DNA of 5,813 nt from a virus: the IMG/VR virus record IMGVR_UViG_3300045988_025734; one strand, 5' to 3'. Position numbers and translations under genes: made by a program. The notes beneath the pieces are model-generated. The model was not told where the DNA came from and made no database searches. It was given only the letters and a program-made list of their open reading frames with translations. How positions within the stretch are numbered: position 1 is the stretch's first letter; each line of letters begins with the position of its first letter. Below are positions 5,251-5,813 of the stretch, piece after piece.

Positions 5251-5301
5251 ACGCGCGTGCATGTGCGCGCGTCTACGCGTGCGCGTGCGCGTGCGCGTGC
5301 G
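5251..5301. repeat. GC-rich alternating purine-pyrimidine tract containing about 4.5 tandem (G/A)CGCGT hexamers.
   Basis: acgcgcgtgcatgtgcgcgcgt (5251..5272) is 22 nt of strict R-Y alternation and imperfectly self-complementary. After a 2-nt break comes acgcgt gcgcgt gcgcgt gcgcgt gcg (5275..5301), 27 nt of strict R-Y alternation. Its GC content is far higher than the flanking AT-rich sequence. Confidence 0.9.
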
Positions 5302-5313
5302 AATAAACACCAA

Positions 5314-5347
5314 TAGCCTAGTACCTTACTTGATAGGTACTAGGCTA
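5314..5347 (-). terminator. Perfect 12-13-bp hairpin 17 nt downstream of the Rep stop; terminator and/or origin stem-loop.
   Basis: agcctagtacct (5315..5326) / aggtactaggct (5335..5346), plus t5314:a5347, with the 8-nt loop tacttgat. On the coding strand the stem is followed by UUGGUGUUUAUUC, an imperfect U-run. Confidence 0.6.
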
Positions 5348-5363
5348 GGTGACACCAAAAATC

Positions 5364-5813
5364 TTATAAGCCGCCCTTTTGGAGCTTTACAGACTTTTTG
5401 ATAACTCTTTCTTTCGTCTTTAAGTCCTTCTCATAGTCTGCATTTTCGTATTTGAGCCTGTTTTGCTCAATAACTGCTTTCTGTCGGTTCCTCTTGATTC
5501 TCCATAGCCTTTCAGGGTTTTCAGCTTCCATCATTTTTTCGTAGTATCGCGGAATCTGTGCTTTCTTTCCGTTGGTACATTGGATGTAGCCTTTTTGCCA
5601 TATTTCTTTTTTGTGCTCTTGATAATAGGCATCTCCAAGGCCCGGTTTCAGACTCATACATGCAAATGGCTTTTGCTGGCCCAGGTTATAGTATACATTT
5701 GCTTTCTGGCCGTCAATTTCGTACATTTTTTTTGTAACATAGCCTGCAACATATCTATAGGTCTCAGGCGTTGCTTGTGCTATCTGTATTTGACCCATGC
5801 CCCATAGATTGCA
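5364..5813 (-). CDS. VP4: Replication initiation protein VP4, C-terminal part. Same gene as 1..557; the full protein is about 305-318 aa in the circular genome.
   Basis: The frame is open from the window edge to the stop at 5366..5364. The track's Met at 5798 is internal (..NLWGMGQIQIAQATPETYRYVAGYVTKKMYEID..). Bases 5725..5813 duplicate 1..89. The basic C-terminal region (RIKRNRQKAVIEQNRLKYE) is typical of microvirus Reps. Confidence 0.9.
   Translation of the reverse strand, partial: CNLWGMGQIQIAQATPETYRYVAGYVTKKMYEIDGQKANVYYNLGQQKPFACMSLKPGLGDAYYQEHKKEIWQKGYIQCTNGKKAQIPRYYEKMMEAENPERLWRIKRNRQKAVIEQNRLKYENADYEKDLKTKERVIKKSVKLQKGGL
5725..5813. repeat. Terminal redundancy, copy 2 (identical to 1..89).
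   Basis: See copy 1. Confidence 0.95.

Noticed and set aside
5251-5301. The GC-rich tandem repeat, considered as a CRISPR array or tRNA/ncRNA gene.
   Set aside because: The 6-nt unit has no spacers, so it is not CRISPR. There is no cloverleaf or conserved tRNA boxes. It is better described as a simple-sequence, structure-forming tract.
5156-5401. An 81-aa plus-strand ORF spanning the non-coding region.
   Set aside because: Its sequence (TTTTTT, RVRVRVRVR) is simply the translation of the NAC and GCGCGT repeats. It runs antisense into the Rep 3' end and has no SD.
5798-5798. Met at 5798 as the start of a stand-alone 144-aa protein.
   Set aside because: The frame stays open to the window edge and continues seamlessly into 89..1 and upstream through the circular junction. 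The Met is internal to Rep (..CNLWGMGQIQ..).

Overview
This window is a complete, circularly permuted ssDNA phage genome of the family Microviridae (gokushovirus-like). Bases 1..89 are identical to 5725..5813, so the contig closes on itself and the unit genome is 5,724 nt. All credible genes lie on the minus strand as one tightly packed array with overlapping or coupled junctions. In order they are: a consensus sigma70/sigmaA-type promoter (4956..4984), orf63, a Peptidase_M15 zinc cell-wall hydrolase, orf38 (below the ORF-track cutoff), orf75, a 33-aa very basic peptide (also below cutoff), orf79, a VP3-like scaffold protein, the major capsid VP1 (GTG start), the pilot/minor capsid VP2, and the HUH replication initiator VP4. 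VP4 crosses the artificial contig junction, so its N-terminal part is at 1..557/596 and its C-terminal part at 5364..5813. GC-rich hairpins followed by T-rich runs sit after VP1, VP2 and Rep. The only long non-coding stretch (4931..5363, 433 nt) is highly structured. It contains palindromic TTGT/ACAA boxes around the promoter, an array of TTCAAC-containing 19-20-nt direct repeats at roughly 21-nt phasing, a (NAC)6 run, an AT-rich 18-mer, and a 51-nt GC-rich alternating purine-pyrimidine tract that includes about 4.5 tandem (G/A)CGCGT hexamers. It ends in a perfect 12-13-bp hairpin whose loop carries CTTGATA, the nick motif of phiX174 and pC194-family rolling-circle origins, but on the strand antisense to all the genes. 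The most interesting points are the endolysin-type peptidase with no recognisable holin, signal peptide or E-like membrane protein; the ORFan accessory module around it; and the origin-like control region. All calls come from reading the sequence and recalling family motifs. No database search was run.
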